Origin: an uncultured Actinomycetota bacterium
GTDB taxonomy: Bacteria; Actinomycetota; Actinomycetes; JAHEKZ01
NCBI GenBank assembly: GCA_963743915.1
Contig: CAVURN010000002.1
Coordinates: forward strand, 1 to 64,000
Reading direction: 5' to 3'
DNA length: 64,000 bases
The notes below the pieces were generated by a model that saw only the letters and a program-made list of their open reading frames with translations, made no database searches and was not told the DNA's origin. Each line of letters begins with the position of its first letter. The first letter of the stretch is position 1. The translations under genes were made by a program, and so were the position numbers. This document shows positions 13,992 through 24,891 of this stretch, piece after piece.

Positions 13992-15224
13992 TCAGTCGGG
14001 GTCGAGTCCCGTCTCGCGTTGGACGCGGGCGAGGGCCTTGGCGATCGGGTGGGCGGTGAGCGCCACCTGCCAGGGGCGCGCGCCGTGCTCGGCCAGCCGC
14101 GCTGCGACCCCCTCGTCCGACACGTCCGTCGGAGGTTCCCACGCGACGCGGCGGACGGTGTCCGGCGCGAGCAGGTTCTCGGTGGGAAGGTGGTGCTCGT
14201 CGGCGATGGCCGCGACAGCGGGACGCAGGACCGCCAGCCGCGCCGCCGCGGGTGGGTTCTTGTCCCCCCACGATCGCGCCGGAGGCGGGGCGTCGGACGG
14301 CAGCGTGGGCGGGGGGAGCTCACCGTCGGGCAGCTCCAGTGCTCGCGTGATCGCCGTCAACCAACGCTCCGCGAGCCGCCGGTTGGCGCGTCCACCGAAG
14401 ACGGGCAGCGCGACGAGCGCCTCCCGGGTGGTGGGCTGGCTGGTCGCAGCTTCCACGATCGCGCTGTCCGGCAGGATCCGTCCCGGCGCGGTGTCGCGCT
14501 GCCGGGCGAGCGCGTCGCGGGCGAGCCAGAGCTCGCGGACGATCGCCAGCTGGCGAGGCTTGCGCACGCGGTGCATGCCGGACGTGCGCCGCCAGGGGTC
14601 GACCCTGGGCGGCGCGGGGGGTGCGGCGACGATCGCGGCGAACTCCTGATGAGCCCACTCGTCCTTTCCGGACGCCGCGAGCTCGGCGGCGAGCGCGTCG
14701 CGCAGCTCCACCAGCACCTCGACGTCGAGTGCGGCGTAGCGCAGCCAGTCGGCCGGCAGGGGGCGGGTGGACCAGTCGACCGCCGCGTGGCCCTTCTCCA
14801 GGCTCAGCCCGAGCACGCTCTCGACCATCGCCCCGAGGCCCACGCGGGGGTGACCGAGCAGCCGTCCGGCCAGCTCGGTGTCGAACAGCCGGGTGGGGTG
14901 GAGGCCGACCTCGGCCAGGCAGGGGAGGTCCTGGGTGGCGGCGTGCAGCACCCATTCGTCGGAGGCGAGCGCCGGCGCCAGGCCTCCGAGGTCGGTGAAG
15001 GCCGCCGGGTCGACGAGCAGCGTGCCCGTACCCTCGCGTCGGAGCTGGACCAGGTACGCGCGCTGGCCGTAGCGGTAGCCGCTCGCGCGCTCGGCGTCGA
15101 CGGCGATGGGTCCGGTGCCGGCCCCGAGGGCTCGGGCAGCCTCACCCAGGTCTTCCGCCGTGGTGATGACAGGGGGCAGACCGTCGCGGGGCTCCAGCAG
15201 CGGAGTGACGGTGCGCTCGGTCAC
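13992..15224 (-). CDS. rnd: Ribonuclease D (DEDDy exonuclease plus HRDC)
   Basis: AVDAERASG, LHAATQDL, FDTELA, DWSTRPL and YAALDVE motifs. Confidence 0.92.
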   Translation of the reverse strand: MTERTVTPLLEPRDGLPPVITTAEDLGEAARALGAGTGPIAVDAERASGYRYGQRAYLVQLRREGTGTLLVDPAAFTDLGGLAPALASDEWVLHAATQDLPCLAEVGLHPTRLFDTELAGRLLGHPRVGLGAMVESVLGLSLEKGHAAVDWSTRPLPADWLRYAALDVEVLVELRDALAAELAASGKDEWAHQEFAAIVAAPPAPPRVDPWRRTSGMHRVRKPRQLAIVRELWLARDALARQRDTAPGRILPDSAIVEAATSQPTTREALVALPVFGGRANRRLAERWLTAITRALELPDGELPPPTLPSDAPPPARSWGDKNPPAAARLAVLRPAVAAIADEHHLPTENLLAPDTVRRVAWEPPTDVSDEGVAARLAEHGARPWQVALTAHPIAKALARVQRETGLDPD

Positions 15225-15267
15225 GCGGCAAAGGTACGCGGCCTGCCGTCCGGCCGCTGACGCAGGA

Positions 15268-15885
15268 TCAGCTGATGACGCCGGCGCGGAGCGCCACGGC
15301 CACCATCTCGGCGCGGTCGCCGGTGCCGAGCTTGCGGGCGATGCGCGCCAGGTGGCTCTTGACGGTGAGCGCCGACAGGTTGAGCTCGGCGCCGATGTCC
15401 CGGTTCGACCGACCGGACGCCACGAGCTGGAGGACCTCGATCTCACGGGCGGAGAGCCCCTCAGGTCCCGCCGTCCCGCGGCCCCGGGTCCCGGGAGCGG
15501 GCCGAGGGCTGTCCGGGCTGCTGCCCGTCACCACGAAACCCTTGACCCCGGCCGCCAGGGCAGCCCGGACCGAGTAGGGATCGTCGCCCGGGGACAGCGC
15601 GACGCAGCGCGACCATCCCGCCTGGCGGAGCTCGTGCAGCAGGTGCAGACCGGAGCCGTCGGGCAGGGCGAGGTCCAGGACGCAGAGGTCACGGGGTCCG
15701 TCGGCGATCGCGCGGGCGCGTGCCTCGGCGACCGACGCCGCCTCGGCGACCGACGCGGCGCCCAGGATGTGCAGGCGGCGTACGACTGCCTCACGGACGG
15801 CGGGGTTGCCGATCACCGCGAGCGCGGTGAAGCGCGCCGTGCGGAACGCGTTGGGATGGCCGCCGCGTTCGACGAGTGTGGTCAC
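15268..15885 (-). CDS. NarL/LuxR-family response regulator with atypical receiver
   Basis: DLALPDGSG receiver segment; LSAREIEVL...TVKSHL HTH; GTG start after GGAGGG. Confidence 0.88.
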   Translation of the reverse strand: MTTLVERGGHPNAFRTARFTALAVIGNPAVREAVVRRLHILGAASVAEAASVAEARARAIADGPRDLCVLDLALPDGSGLHLLHELRQAGWSRCVALSPGDDPYSVRAALAAGVKGFVVTGSSPDSPRPAPGTRGRGTAGPEGLSAREIEVLQLVASGRSNRDIGAELNLSALTVKSHLARIARKLGTGDRAEMVAVALRAGVIS

Positions 15886-16254
15886 CCGTCCCTCCCTCAT
15901 GCCGGTCATGCGTTGCCGATCGTCCGATGGCAGTGGCCACGCAGGCGTGGGACTGCTCACTGGTGGTTTCATCGGACAGCGACCCCCGTCGCTGTAGCGA
16001 ATAGCCGGCGGCAGATCCGGCGGGAGCTCACCCACCGTGACCGACGACCCTCAGCAGCGGGTCAGGCCTACGCCCGGAAGGTGACGGATGTCCGGGTGCG
16101 AGGTGACGCTCAGTGGTCGCCCGATGGCTCTTCGTGGTACTCGGGCGCGGCACGGCGTAAAGGTGCCACCAGATGCGGTTCAGCCACCTACAGTGGCCGC
16201 TGTGGGGACGCCGGGCGAAGCGCGCCCACCCCACGTCATGAGAGGTGGGAACCG

Positions 16255-16977
16255 ATGCGGGGTCTGCGCGTGGGCACGGGGGCAGCGCTGGCAGTGGCCA
16301 TCACGGCCGGGATGGCGATGGCGGCGTCGGCCCCTGCGACCGGATCCGAGCTCTTGGCGAGCTGGCAGATGGAGGAGACCTCGGGCTCGGTCATGGTCGA
16401 CTCGTCCAGCAATGGCTTCGACGGGGTGATCGGTCAGGACGTCGTCCTCGGTGAGGCGACTCCTGAGGGCAACAAGGCCTACCGCTTCAAGGGGGACTGG
16501 TGGGTGGTCAACGACCAGCGGCTCATCCAGATCCCGGACGACCCACGCCTCGACCCCGGTGCCGGGACCTTCAAGGTCTCGCTGCGCGTCAAGACCGGTG
16601 CCCTCGACCCGAACATCACCCAGAAGGGCCAGGCCAACACGGTGGGCGGTTACTGGAAGTTCGTGGTGAAGAAGGGCTGGCCCCGCTGCCACTTCCGCGA
16701 CGCGACCGGCAAGACGCTGGCCATCGGGTTCGTCAACAGCACGAACCCCGACACCAAGGTGTCCGACGGCGAGTGGCACACGATCTCGTGCGCGCGAACC
16801 GCCACCGGGGTCCAGGTGACGATCGACGCGCTCTCGAAGTTCAAGCGCGGCAGCATCGGGCCGATTGACAACCACTTCCCGATGGTCATCGGTGGCAAGC
16901 TTGCCTGCGACTACGTGACGGTCACCTGCGACTACTACGCCGGGGCGATCGACTGGGTCACGCTCGAGCGTCCCTGA
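16255..16977 (+). CDS. Secreted LamG/concanavalin A-like jelly-roll protein (paralog 1)
   Basis: Signal peptide; WQMEETSG..DSSSNG, DGEWHTI and IGGK..CDYYAGAIDWV pattern typical of LamG-like domains. Confidence 0.75.
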   Translation: MRGLRVGTGAALAVAITAGMAMAASAPATGSELLASWQMEETSGSVMVDSSSNGFDGVIGQDVVLGEATPEGNKAYRFKGDWWVVNDQRLIQIPDDPRLDPGAGTFKVSLRVKTGALDPNITQKGQANTVGGYWKFVVKKGWPRCHFRDATGKTLAIGFVNSTNPDTKVSDGEWHTISCARTATGVQVTIDALSKFKRGSIGPIDNHFPMVIGGKLACDYVTVTCDYYAGAIDWVTLERP

Positions 16978-16989
16978 CCGCACACGCCT

Positions 16990-17550
16990 TCAGCGCCGGG
17001 GCAGTGGCACGACGCCGGCGGGAAGCGGCGGCAGCCCGGCGGCGGTGCACAGCAGGTCGCCCCAGGCCAACAGGTGCCCGCCGAGCTCGTCGTCCTCCGG
17101 CGTCCATGACGCCCTGATCTCGATCTCGGCGGACGCGGGACGGTCGGCCATGGCGCCGAAGCTCTCCGACGCCACCCGGGTCACCGTGCCGCTGGCTGCC
17201 GCGACGGTGAGGGAATGCGCGCCGAGGCACTCCATCAGCCACGACCACCCGACCTCGGTGACCAGCGGGTCGGCTGCCATCTCGGGGTCGAGGGCTGCCC
17301 GCGCGAAGGTCACTACCCGGAACTCGCCCTCCCACGACTCGTGACCGTCAGGGTTGTGCAGGACGACGAAACGTCCAGAGCTGAGCTCGTCACCGCCCTG
17401 GACGACGTCAGCGGTGAGCGCGACCGAGTAGGGCGCGAGTCGTTGGGGGGCGGGTGCCTCGTCGCACGAGACCTCGGGGCGTAGCCGAACTGCGCGCAGA
17501 GACTCCAGCGCGCGGCTGAAGGTCTCCGGTGGGGAGTCCGGGACGGTCAC
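16990..17550 (-). CDS. DUF3000 family protein
   Basis: [24 protein letters not shown] and EIRASWTP motifs; usual neighbour of rnd and hemE. Confidence 0.85.
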   Translation of the reverse strand: MTVPDSPPETFSRALESLRAVRLRPEVSCDEAPAPQRLAPYSVALTADVVQGGDELSSGRFVVLHNPDGHESWEGEFRVVTFARAALDPEMAADPLVTEVGWSWLMECLGAHSLTVAAASGTVTRVASESFGAMADRPASAEIEIRASWTPEDDELGGHLLAWGDLLCTAAGLPPLPAGVVPLPRR

Positions 17551-17622
17551 CGGATCAGGGTACGTCGTGCGCGCGGCGCTCCCGGTCGCGACGCGCGCGG
17601 CAGGACCGCCTAGCCTGCCGAG

Positions 17623-18468
17623 ATGGCCGTCGCCCTTGCCCTGCTCTCGAGCGTGCTGTGGGGGACAGCGGACTTCTTCGGAGGGCTCTACACCCGCCGG
17701 CTGGCTGCGGTCGTGGTCGTGCTCGTCTCGCAGGCGATTGCGCTCGCGCTGATCGTGCCGACCGTGCTGCTGCTCGGGAGCACCGACGACCCCTCCGGCT
17801 ACTTCTGGTGGGGAGTGGCGGCGGGCATCGTCGGCCCGGTGGGTCTGGTGTCGTTCTACTGGGCGCTCTCGATCGGGACGATGGGGGTGGTCTCCCCGAT
17901 CGCGGCCACCGGGATCGTCGTCCCGGTGCTGTGGGGTCTGGTGGACGGCGAGCGGCCGTCTGCCCTCCAGTACGCGGGCATCGTGGTCGGCTTCTGCGGC
18001 GTCGTGCTGGCCGGCGGACCGGACACCCCCCACGCCGACCACGAGGCACGACGCGCGCACGTCCTGTCGATCGTGCTGGCGCTCGTGGCCGCGTTGGGGT
18101 TCGGCGGGGCGTTCGTCTGCCTCGACGGCGGTGGCGCGTACAGCGTCGGCATGACCTTGTTGGTGCAGCGCTCCACCAGCGTGCTGCTCATGGTGCTGCC
18201 GGTGGTGCTCTTCACCCGGCTGGCCGGACTGCGCTGGCGCGACCTGCCGGGGCTGGCCGGGGTCGGTGCCGGGGACGCCGCCGCCAACGGCGCGTTCGCG
18301 TGGTCGTCGACCCTGGGGTTGCTCAGCGTCACGTCGGTGCTGGGGTCGCTCTACCCGGTGGCCACCCTGGTGCTCGCTCGCGGAGTGCTGGGGGAGCGGC
18401 TCACCCGCCTGCAGCTCTACGGCGTCGTGCTGGCGCTGTGCGGCATCGCGCTGCTGGCGGCCGGGTGA
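17623..18468 (+). CDS. DMT/EamA family transporter
   Basis: About 10 TM helices; WGTADFFGG and SLYPV...LGERL motifs. Confidence 0.85.
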   Translation: MAVALALLSSVLWGTADFFGGLYTRRLAAVVVVLVSQAIALALIVPTVLLLGSTDDPSGYFWWGVAAGIVGPVGLVSFYWALSIGTMGVVSPIAATGIVVPVLWGLVDGERPSALQYAGIVVGFCGVVLAGGPDTPHADHEARRAHVLSIVLALVAALGFGGAFVCLDGGGAYSVGMTLLVQRSTSVLLMVLPVVLFTRLAGLRWRDLPGLAGVGAGDAAANGAFAWSSTLGLLSVTSVLGSLYPVATLVLARGVLGERLTRLQLYGVVLALCGIALLAAG

Positions 18469-18500
18469 GCGTCACGGGTCGTCCCGTGACACGATGCACC

Positions 18501-19538
18501 GTGCCTGACGCCCTGCGGACCTCATCGTTCCTCCGTGCCTGCCGGCGGGAGACGGTCCCGCACACCCCGGTGTGGTTCATGCGCCAGGCGGGCCGTTCTC
18601 TGCCGGAGTACCGCGCCGTGCGCGAGGGCACGACCATGCTCGAGGCCTGCACACGCCCCGACCTGGTCACGGAGATCACCCTCCAGCCCGTGCGTCGCTA
18701 CGGGGTGGATGCCGCCATCTTCTTCAGCGACATCGTGCTGCCGCTCAAGGCCATCGGGGTCGATCTGGACATCGTCCCCGGCGTCGGGCCGGTGGTGGCC
18801 GAGCCGATCCGCGGGACAGATCAGGTGCGGGCCATCGGGGAGCTCACGCCGGACGACGTCCCGTACGTCACCGAGGCTGTGGGCCAGCTGACCGCGGAGC
18901 TCGGCGGCACGCCCCTGATCGGATTCGCCGGCGCTCCCTTCACCCTGGCCTCCTACCTCGTCGAGGGGGGTCCCTCGAAGAACCACGAGCACACCAAGGC
19001 GCTCATGTACAGCGACGAGGACCTCTGGCATGCACTCATGGCCAAGCTCGCCGACGTCTCGGCTGCCTACCTGCACGTGCAGGTCGCCGCCGGTGCGTCG
19101 GCCGTGCAGCTCTTCGACTCATGGGTGGGGGCGCTCTCGGCCACCGACTACCGCCGGTACGTCCTGCCGCACTCGCAGCGCATCCTGGGCTCGCTCGCCG
19201 GCACGGGTGTCCCGCGGATCCACTTCGGGGTGAACACCGGGGAGCTGCTGCCCCTGATGCGGGAGGCCGGCGCAGATGTCGTGGGGGTCGACTTCCGCCT
19301 GCCGCTCGACGAGGCGGCACGCCGCGTCGGACCCGATGTGGCACTGCAGGGCAACCTCGACCCGGCGGTGGTCTTCGCCTCGCCGGACGCGGTCCGCCGC
19401 CAGGTGGACGCCGTGCTCGACGCTGCTCGGACGCTGCCCGGCCACGTGTTCAACCTCGGTCACGGCGTGCTGCCGAGCAGTGACCCCGAGGTCCTGGCAG
19501 CGATCGTGCGCCAGGTGCACGAGCGCACCGCGCGCTGA
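18501..19538 (+). CDS. hemE: Uroporphyrinogen decarboxylase (alternative start 18465)
   Basis: [28 protein letters not shown] and FNLGHG motifs. Confidence 0.95.
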   Translation: MPDALRTSSFLRACRRETVPHTPVWFMRQAGRSLPEYRAVREGTTMLEACTRPDLVTEITLQPVRRYGVDAAIFFSDIVLPLKAIGVDLDIVPGVGPVVAEPIRGTDQVRAIGELTPDDVPYVTEAVGQLTAELGGTPLIGFAGAPFTLASYLVEGGPSKNHEHTKALMYSDEDLWHALMAKLADVSAAYLHVQVAAGASAVQLFDSWVGALSATDYRRYVLPHSQRILGSLAGTGVPRIHFGVNTGELLPLMREAGADVVGVDFRLPLDEAARRVGPDVALQGNLDPAVVFASPDAVRRQVDAVLDAARTLPGHVFNLGHGVLPSSDPEVLAAIVRQVHERTAR

Positions 19539-19542
19539 TCGG

Positions 19543-20511
19543 TCAGCCGACGGGAGCGGCGTCGCGGTCCCTGTCCTCGGTCGGCGGCTGCGGGGTGGAC
19601 GGCTCGACCCGCTGCCGGCGGTGGCGCCACGCTGCGGCGATCGGACCGAGCACGAGCGCCGCCACGACGAGGAACGGCAGCAGGACGCCCAGGACGGTCA
19701 GCGCGACCACGACGACGTCGACGAGCGCATCCCACCCTCGCTGGAGGCCCGGGACGAACCCGTCCTCGTCGGCCGGGGGCGACTCGACGGCGGCAGGTGC
19801 CAGCAGGGTGACCGACAGGGTGGCCATGGCGGTCTGGTCGGCGAGCGAGCGCTGCGTCGCGAGCAACGCCTCGAGGTCCGCCTCGCGCTGAGCGAGCTCG
19901 CTCTCGATACGCACCACGTCGCCGAGCGTCTGGGCCTGCGAGAGCAGGGCGCGGATCCGCTCGACGCTGGCGCGGGCGCTCTCGACGCGGCTGTCGACGT
20001 CCACGACCTGCTCCGTCACGTCCCTGGCGTCAGAGGTCACGCGCACGAGCTCCCCGGCGTCCTGCATGCGGTCGATCGCGGTCTCGAGCTTGGTGGTGGG
20101 CACGCGCACGACGATGGTCGCACGGCTGCGCTCGGGGTCGTCAGGACTGCTGGAGACGTCCTGGCCCGACACGTAGCCGCCGAGCGAGAGCGCCACGGAC
20201 TGCACGGTGTCGACCGCACCGGCGACGTTCTCGCTGCGCAACGTGATGTCGGCGACGGCGATGACCGATCGCTCGACGGTGACGCCGCTGAGCGTTCCAC
20301 CGCCCGACGTCTCCTCCTCGCGCGCGGTGCCGGTACCGTCCTGCGACGTCGTGTCCTGCAACGCATCAGGTGCGGGTGCCGCACCGGTGGCTTGGACACT
20401 GTCACCACCTGCTGACGACGTGGAGTCTGCTCCACCGCTGCAGCCCGTCAGCAGGACGGCGGCTCCGAGCAGACCGACGATGGACGCGGCTGTGGTGCGT
20501 GAACCCCTCAT
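19543..20511 (-). CDS. DUF4349 domain lipoprotein
   Basis: Lipobox LLTGC, DVTEQVVDVDSR, coiled coil and C-terminal TM helix. Confidence 0.85.
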   Translation of the reverse strand: MRGSRTTAASIVGLLGAAVLLTGCSGGADSTSSAGGDSVQATGAAPAPDALQDTTSQDGTGTAREEETSGGGTLSGVTVERSVIAVADITLRSENVAGAVDTVQSVALSLGGYVSGQDVSSSPDDPERSRATIVVRVPTTKLETAIDRMQDAGELVRVTSDARDVTEQVVDVDSRVESARASVERIRALLSQAQTLGDVVRIESELAQREADLEALLATQRSLADQTAMATLSVTLLAPAAVESPPADEDGFVPGLQRGWDALVDVVVVALTVLGVLLPFLVVAALVLGPIAAAWRHRRQRVEPSTPQPPTEDRDRDAAPVG

Positions 20512-20603
20512 GTCCCCTCCCAGGGTTGGTGTCCTGGCGCGTTGGACGGCCGTGCACCGCACGGGGTTCCGTGCTCACCCGATTGCTCTGCGAGAGTTGC
20601 CCC

Positions 20604-21983
20604 GTGCATGCGCCACGGGTCGTCGTCGTCGGGGGAGGTGTCGCCGGTGTCGCCGCTGCGCGACGGGCGTCCGACAGCGGAGCGGACGTCGTGCTCGTCG
20701 AACGGTCTGAGGTGCTCGGGGGCAAGCTGCGCACGCACGAGGTGGACGGCCTCACGCTCGAGGCAGGAGCGGAGTCGCTGCTGACACGCAGGCCCGAGGC
20801 GCTGCTGGCGGTGGAGGCCGCCGGGCTCGGCGACAGACTCGTGAGTCCGAGCGCGAGCGGAGCGGGTGTGTGGACCGACGCGCTCCACCCCCTGCCGAAG
20901 GAGCAGCTGCTGGGCATCCCGTGCGACGTGAGCGATCCGGACCTCCGGGGCCTGCTGGGTGATGCTGCCGTCGACCGGCTGGCGCGCGAACCGCAGCTGC
21001 GGGAGCTGCCCTCTGACATCACGGTGGGTGGGCTGGTCATGCAGCAGCTGGGACGTGCCGTGGTCGATCTCCTGGTCGAGCCGCTGCTCGGCGGCGTGTA
21101 CGCGGGTCGGGCTGACGACATCTCCTTGGACGCCGCGCTCCCAGGCCTGCTCGACCGGGTGCGCACCAGCGGGTCCCTGGTGCAGGCGGCGGCGGATCTG
21201 CGCGCTGCCTCGGCGTCCGACCGGCCCGCCTTCGCCTCCCTGAGGGGCGGTCTCGGTGCTCTGCCCGAGGCGCTCCTGCACGGGACACCGGTGCAGGTCC
21301 GACGCAACACGTCGGCTGTCGCGCTCACGCCCGAGGATGAGGGCTGGCGGGTCACGACCGCGGACGGTGCGGTGCTCGACGCTGACGCGGTGATCCTGGC
21401 ACTCCCCGGCTACGCCGTTGCCCCACTTCTGGCCGAGCATGCACCACGAGCCAGCAGCATGGCCGCAGACCTCGGGTACGCGTCGGTCGCCCTGGTGACC
21501 GCCGTTTTCGACGGCACTGCAGTGCGGGGCGAGCTGTCGGGAACCGGCTTCCTCGTGCCGCCGGTCACCGGACGGCTCACGAAGGCAGCGACGTTCGTGA
21601 GCCGCAAGTGGCAGTGGGTGCGTGAGGCGGCACCGGACCGCGAGGTGCTGCGGTTCTCCGTCGGTCGCGCCGGGGACGAACGCGCTCTTGAGGGCACCGA
21701 CGACGACCTGGCCGACGCCGTGATCGCCGAGGTGTCGCCGTTGCTCGCACTCACCGCCCCGCCGAGGGCGACGAGGGTGACCCGTTGGCCACGCTCGCTG
21801 CCGCAGTACCGAGTGGGCCATCGCGCGGTCGTGAGCCAGGCTCGGGCCTCCCTCCCGGCCGGCCTCGCCGTGTGCGGTGCCGCCTGGGACGGCGTCGGCA
21901 TCCCCGCCTGCATCGCCTCAGGGTGGGAGGCGGCCGACCACCTGCTGCAGCCCTCGGGCAGCCGGGGGACAATGGCCCCGTGA
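20604..21983 (+). CDS. hemG: HemY-type coproporphyrinogen/protoporphyrinogen oxidase
   Basis: [35 protein letters not shown] and GVGIPACI motifs. Confidence 0.9.
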   Translation: MHAPRVVVVGGGVAGVAAARRASDSGADVVLVERSEVLGGKLRTHEVDGLTLEAGAESLLTRRPEALLAVEAAGLGDRLVSPSASGAGVWTDALHPLPKEQLLGIPCDVSDPDLRGLLGDAAVDRLAREPQLRELPSDITVGGLVMQQLGRAVVDLLVEPLLGGVYAGRADDISLDAALPGLLDRVRTSGSLVQAAADLRAASASDRPAFASLRGGLGALPEALLHGTPVQVRRNTSAVALTPEDEGWRVTTADGAVLDADAVILALPGYAVAPLLAEHAPRASSMAADLGYASVALVTAVFDGTAVRGELSGTGFLVPPVTGRLTKAATFVSRKWQWVREAAPDREVLRFSVGRAGDERALEGTDDDLADAVIAEVSPLLALTAPPRATRVTRWPRSLPQYRVGHRAVVSQARASLPAGLAVCGAAWDGVGIPACIASGWEAADHLLQPSGSRGTMAP

Positions 21984-22741
21984 GCGACACGGTGAGCGAC
22001 ACGCAGACCCCAGACCCTTCCTCCAGCGCACCCGGGCCCGCAGGCCGCACCATCAGCGGCAAGCAGGCCCGCGACCTCAACGACGCCATCCGCTACACGG
22101 CATGGTCGGTCTTCCGGGCGACCGGGCCCCAGGTGGCGGACCGCAGCGCCACGGCGTCCGAGGTGGACAGCCTGTTCGAACAGCTCGGTGGCAAGGACGT
22201 CGTGGTGCGCGGTGTGTACGACCTGCAGGGAATGCGCGCGGACGCCGACTTCATGGTGTGGTGGCACGCCGAGAGCAGTGACGACCTGCAGGACGCCTAC
22301 TCGGCGTTCCGGCAGACCGCGCTGGGAGCGTCGTGCGAACCCGTGTGGTCGCAGATGGCCCTGCACCGACCCGCGGAGTTCAACAAGAGCCACATCCCGG
22401 CGTTCCTCGCCGACGAGGAGCCCCGTCGGTACGTGTGCGTCTACCCCTTCGTCCGTTCGTACGAGTGGTACCTGCTGCCCGACGAGGAGCGTCGGGCGAT
22501 GCTGGTCGAGCACGGGCAGATGGGGCGCGACTACCCGGATGTGCGCGCCAACACCGTTGCCTCGTTCGCCCTGGGGGACTACGAGTGGCTGCTGGCGTTC
22601 GAGGCCGACGAGCTCTATCGGATCGTCGACCTCATGCGGCACCTGCGGAGCTCGACGGCTCGCCGGCACGTGCGGGAAGAGATCCCCTTCTACACCGGGA
22701 GACGACGCCCCGTGCAGGAGATCGTGGCGTCGCTGCCCTGA
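21980..22741 (+). CDS. hemQ: Coproheme decarboxylase (HemQ/ChdC)
   Basis: [24 protein letters not shown] and FALGDYEW motifs. Confidence 0.93.
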   Translation: MSDTVSDTQTPDPSSSAPGPAGRTISGKQARDLNDAIRYTAWSVFRATGPQVADRSATASEVDSLFEQLGGKDVVVRGVYDLQGMRADADFMVWWHAESSDDLQDAYSAFRQTALGASCEPVWSQMALHRPAEFNKSHIPAFLADEEPRRYVCVYPFVRSYEWYLLPDEERRAMLVEHGQMGRDYPDVRANTVASFALGDYEWLLAFEADELYRIVDLMRHLRSSTARRHVREEIPFYTGRRRPVQEIVASLP

Positions 22742-22787
22742 GGGGCACTAGCCTGCAGGTGCACGCCAAGCCGCGCAGGAGGCTGTC

Positions 22788-23300
22788 ATGTCTCACCCGG
22801 TCATCGTCGTGGGTACCTACGACAACCGTCATCGTGCCGAGCTGGACTACGAGCACATCGCCAAGAACCGCGAGGAGCTCTGGAGCGAGCGCATCTACGC
22901 CATCGCCCTCGTCGAGCGCACCTCGACCGGCAAGGTCAAGGTGGTCAACCACCTCGAGCCGGACGCTGACGTCGGTGGGATCGCGGGAACCGTCGTCGGC
23001 GGACTTCTCGGTCTGCTCTACCCGCCGATCATCCTCGTCACCGCGGCTGCCGGAGGCGGGGTGGCCAGGGCGGCGGCTCACCTGTGGCACGGGGTCTCAC
23101 GCAAGGACATCGCCGAGCTCGGGTCTGCCATCGACGCCGGCGAGGGTGCGGTGCTCGTCATCGCGGCCAAGCTGCCCGCCGACGTGGACGCGGTGCTGCC
23201 GCAGGCCACGCAGGTGGCGCACCGCACGATGCAGCACAAGCACGAGGACATCGAGGCGTTGATCGCCGAGCTGAGGCCGGCGGAGGTCGCGGAGACCTGA
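22788..23300 (+). CDS. DUF1269-like membrane protein
   Basis: GGAGG RBS; glycine-zipper hydrophobic segment; GVSRKDIAELG...GEGAVLVI. Confidence 0.7.
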   Translation: MSHPVIVVGTYDNRHRAELDYEHIAKNREELWSERIYAIALVERTSTGKVKVVNHLEPDADVGGIAGTVVGGLLGLLYPPIILVTAAAGGGVARAAAHLWHGVSRKDIAELGSAIDAGEGAVLVIAAKLPADVDAVLPQATQVAHRTMQHKHEDIEALIAELRPAEVAET

Positions 23301-23316
23301 GGGTCGGGGCGGCTCG

Positions 23317-23721
23317 CTACTCTGCCGACTCGAGCGTCAGGCTGATCGAGTTGATGCACCACCGCTGGTCGGTGGGCACGTCGTACCCCTCACCCTCGAA
23401 GACGTGTCCGAGGTGCGAGCCGCAGTTCGCACAGCGAGCCTCGGTGCGCGCCATCCCGAGGGAGTTGTCCGGCACGAGCTCGACGGCGTCCCCCTGGGCG
23501 GGGGCGTAGAACGACGGCCAACCGCAGTGGCTGGCGAACTTGGTCTCGGAGCGGAAGAGCTCCTCCCCGCACGCCCGGCAGCGGTACACCCCGACCGTCT
23601 CGGTGTCGGTGTACTCGCCGGTGAAGGCGGGTTCGGTGCCGGCCTCTCTCAGCACCGCGTACTCGGCGGGCGAGAGCTCCTGACGCCACTGGTCCTCGGT
23701 CTTGTCCACGGGGTAGCCCAT
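23317..23721 (-). CDS. msrB: Peptide-methionine (R)-S-oxide reductase
   Basis: GTEPAF, CRAC, SHCGWPSF, HLGHVF and RWCINS motifs. Confidence 0.96.
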   Translation of the reverse strand: MGYPVDKTEDQWRQELSPAEYAVLREAGTEPAFTGEYTDTETVGVYRCRACGEELFRSETKFASHCGWPSFYAPAQGDAVELVPDNSLGMARTEARCANCGSHLGHVFEGEGYDVPTDQRWCINSISLTLESAE

Positions 23722-23824
23722 GCCGCCACCGTAGACAGCCCTGACCGGCTTGGCCACTGCCGGCTCCTTACGAGGTCCTGAAGTCTGCGCCCTCTTGGAG
23801 CACCCGCCGCGGTACCGTCGACTG

Positions 23825-24856
23825 GTGCCCAGCCCACGGCAGGACGTCACCGTCGGGGACCGGACGGTCTCGGTCTCGAATCCGCAGAAGCTGTACTTCC
23901 CCGACCTCGGCGAACGCGGCCGCAAGATCGACGTGGTGAGCTACTACGCCGCGCTGGCAGACGTCGCACTGAGTCCGCTGCGAGGACGCCCCACGTACCT
24001 GCAGCGCTACCCCGACGGCATCACGGGCGAGGAGGTGTACCAGAAACGCCTGCCGCCGAAGGCGCCCGGCGATCTGGGGCGAGTGACCATCAGTTTTCCT
24101 GGCGGACGGAAGGCCGAGGTGCTGCGTCCCGAGCACCCAGCCGACCTCGTCTGGGCGGCGCAGTACGGCACGATCACCTTCCACCCGTGGCCCGCTCTGG
24201 CATCGGACCTCGCGCATCCGGACCTGATGCGCATCGACCTCGATCCACAGGAGGGGACCGACTTCGGCGACGCGGTGTGGGTGGCCCTGGAGCTGCTACG
24301 GCCGGTGCTCGACGAGCTCGGCGTCGTCGGCTTCCCGAAGACCTCCGGTGGACGGGGCATCCACGTCGACGTACCGCTGACCGAGGGCTGGACCTTCGCC
24401 CAGGTTCGTCGGGCGGTCCTCGCGATCGCTCGTGAGCTCGAACGACGTGCACCCGACCGGGTCACGTCGGCCTGGTGGAAGGAGGAGCGCGGGGAGCGCG
24501 TCTTCGTCGACTTCAACCAGATGCTGCCCGACAAGACGATCGCTGCCGCGTACACCGTGCGTGCCAAGCCCGGAGCCACCGTCTCCGCGCCCGTCACGTG
24601 GGACGAGCTGCCCGCGGTGCACACGAGGGACTTCACGATTCACACGGTGCCGGACCGGGTCGAACGGGTCGGCGACCTGCAGGCGTCGATGTCCGACGCC
24701 GCGGCCGGGCTCGAGCGCGCACTCGAGTGGGTCGAACGTGACGAGAGCAACGGTCAAGGCGAGACGAACTACCCGCCCAACTATCCGAAGATGCCGGGCG
24801 AACCTCCTCGGGTGCAGCCGAGCAAGAAGGTGGCCGAGCACTGGGACGATGCGTAG
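23825..24856 (+). CDS. Stand-alone LigD-type primase-polymerase (Prim-PolC-like)
   Basis: RYPDG, YQKR, RIDLDP, KTSGGRGIH, WWKEERG and VDFNQ motifs. Confidence 0.9.
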   Translation: MPSPRQDVTVGDRTVSVSNPQKLYFPDLGERGRKIDVVSYYAALADVALSPLRGRPTYLQRYPDGITGEEVYQKRLPPKAPGDLGRVTISFPGGRKAEVLRPEHPADLVWAAQYGTITFHPWPALASDLAHPDLMRIDLDPQEGTDFGDAVWVALELLRPVLDELGVVGFPKTSGGRGIHVDVPLTEGWTFAQVRRAVLAIARELERRAPDRVTSAWWKEERGERVFVDFNQMLPDKTIAAAYTVRAKPGATVSAPVTWDELPAVHTRDFTIHTVPDRVERVGDLQASMSDAAAGLERALEWVERDESNGQGETNYPPNYPKMPGEPPRVQPSKKVAEHWDDA

Positions 24857-24891
24857 CCGTTGCCCGGTATGACGGCAAGCACAGCGTTGCT

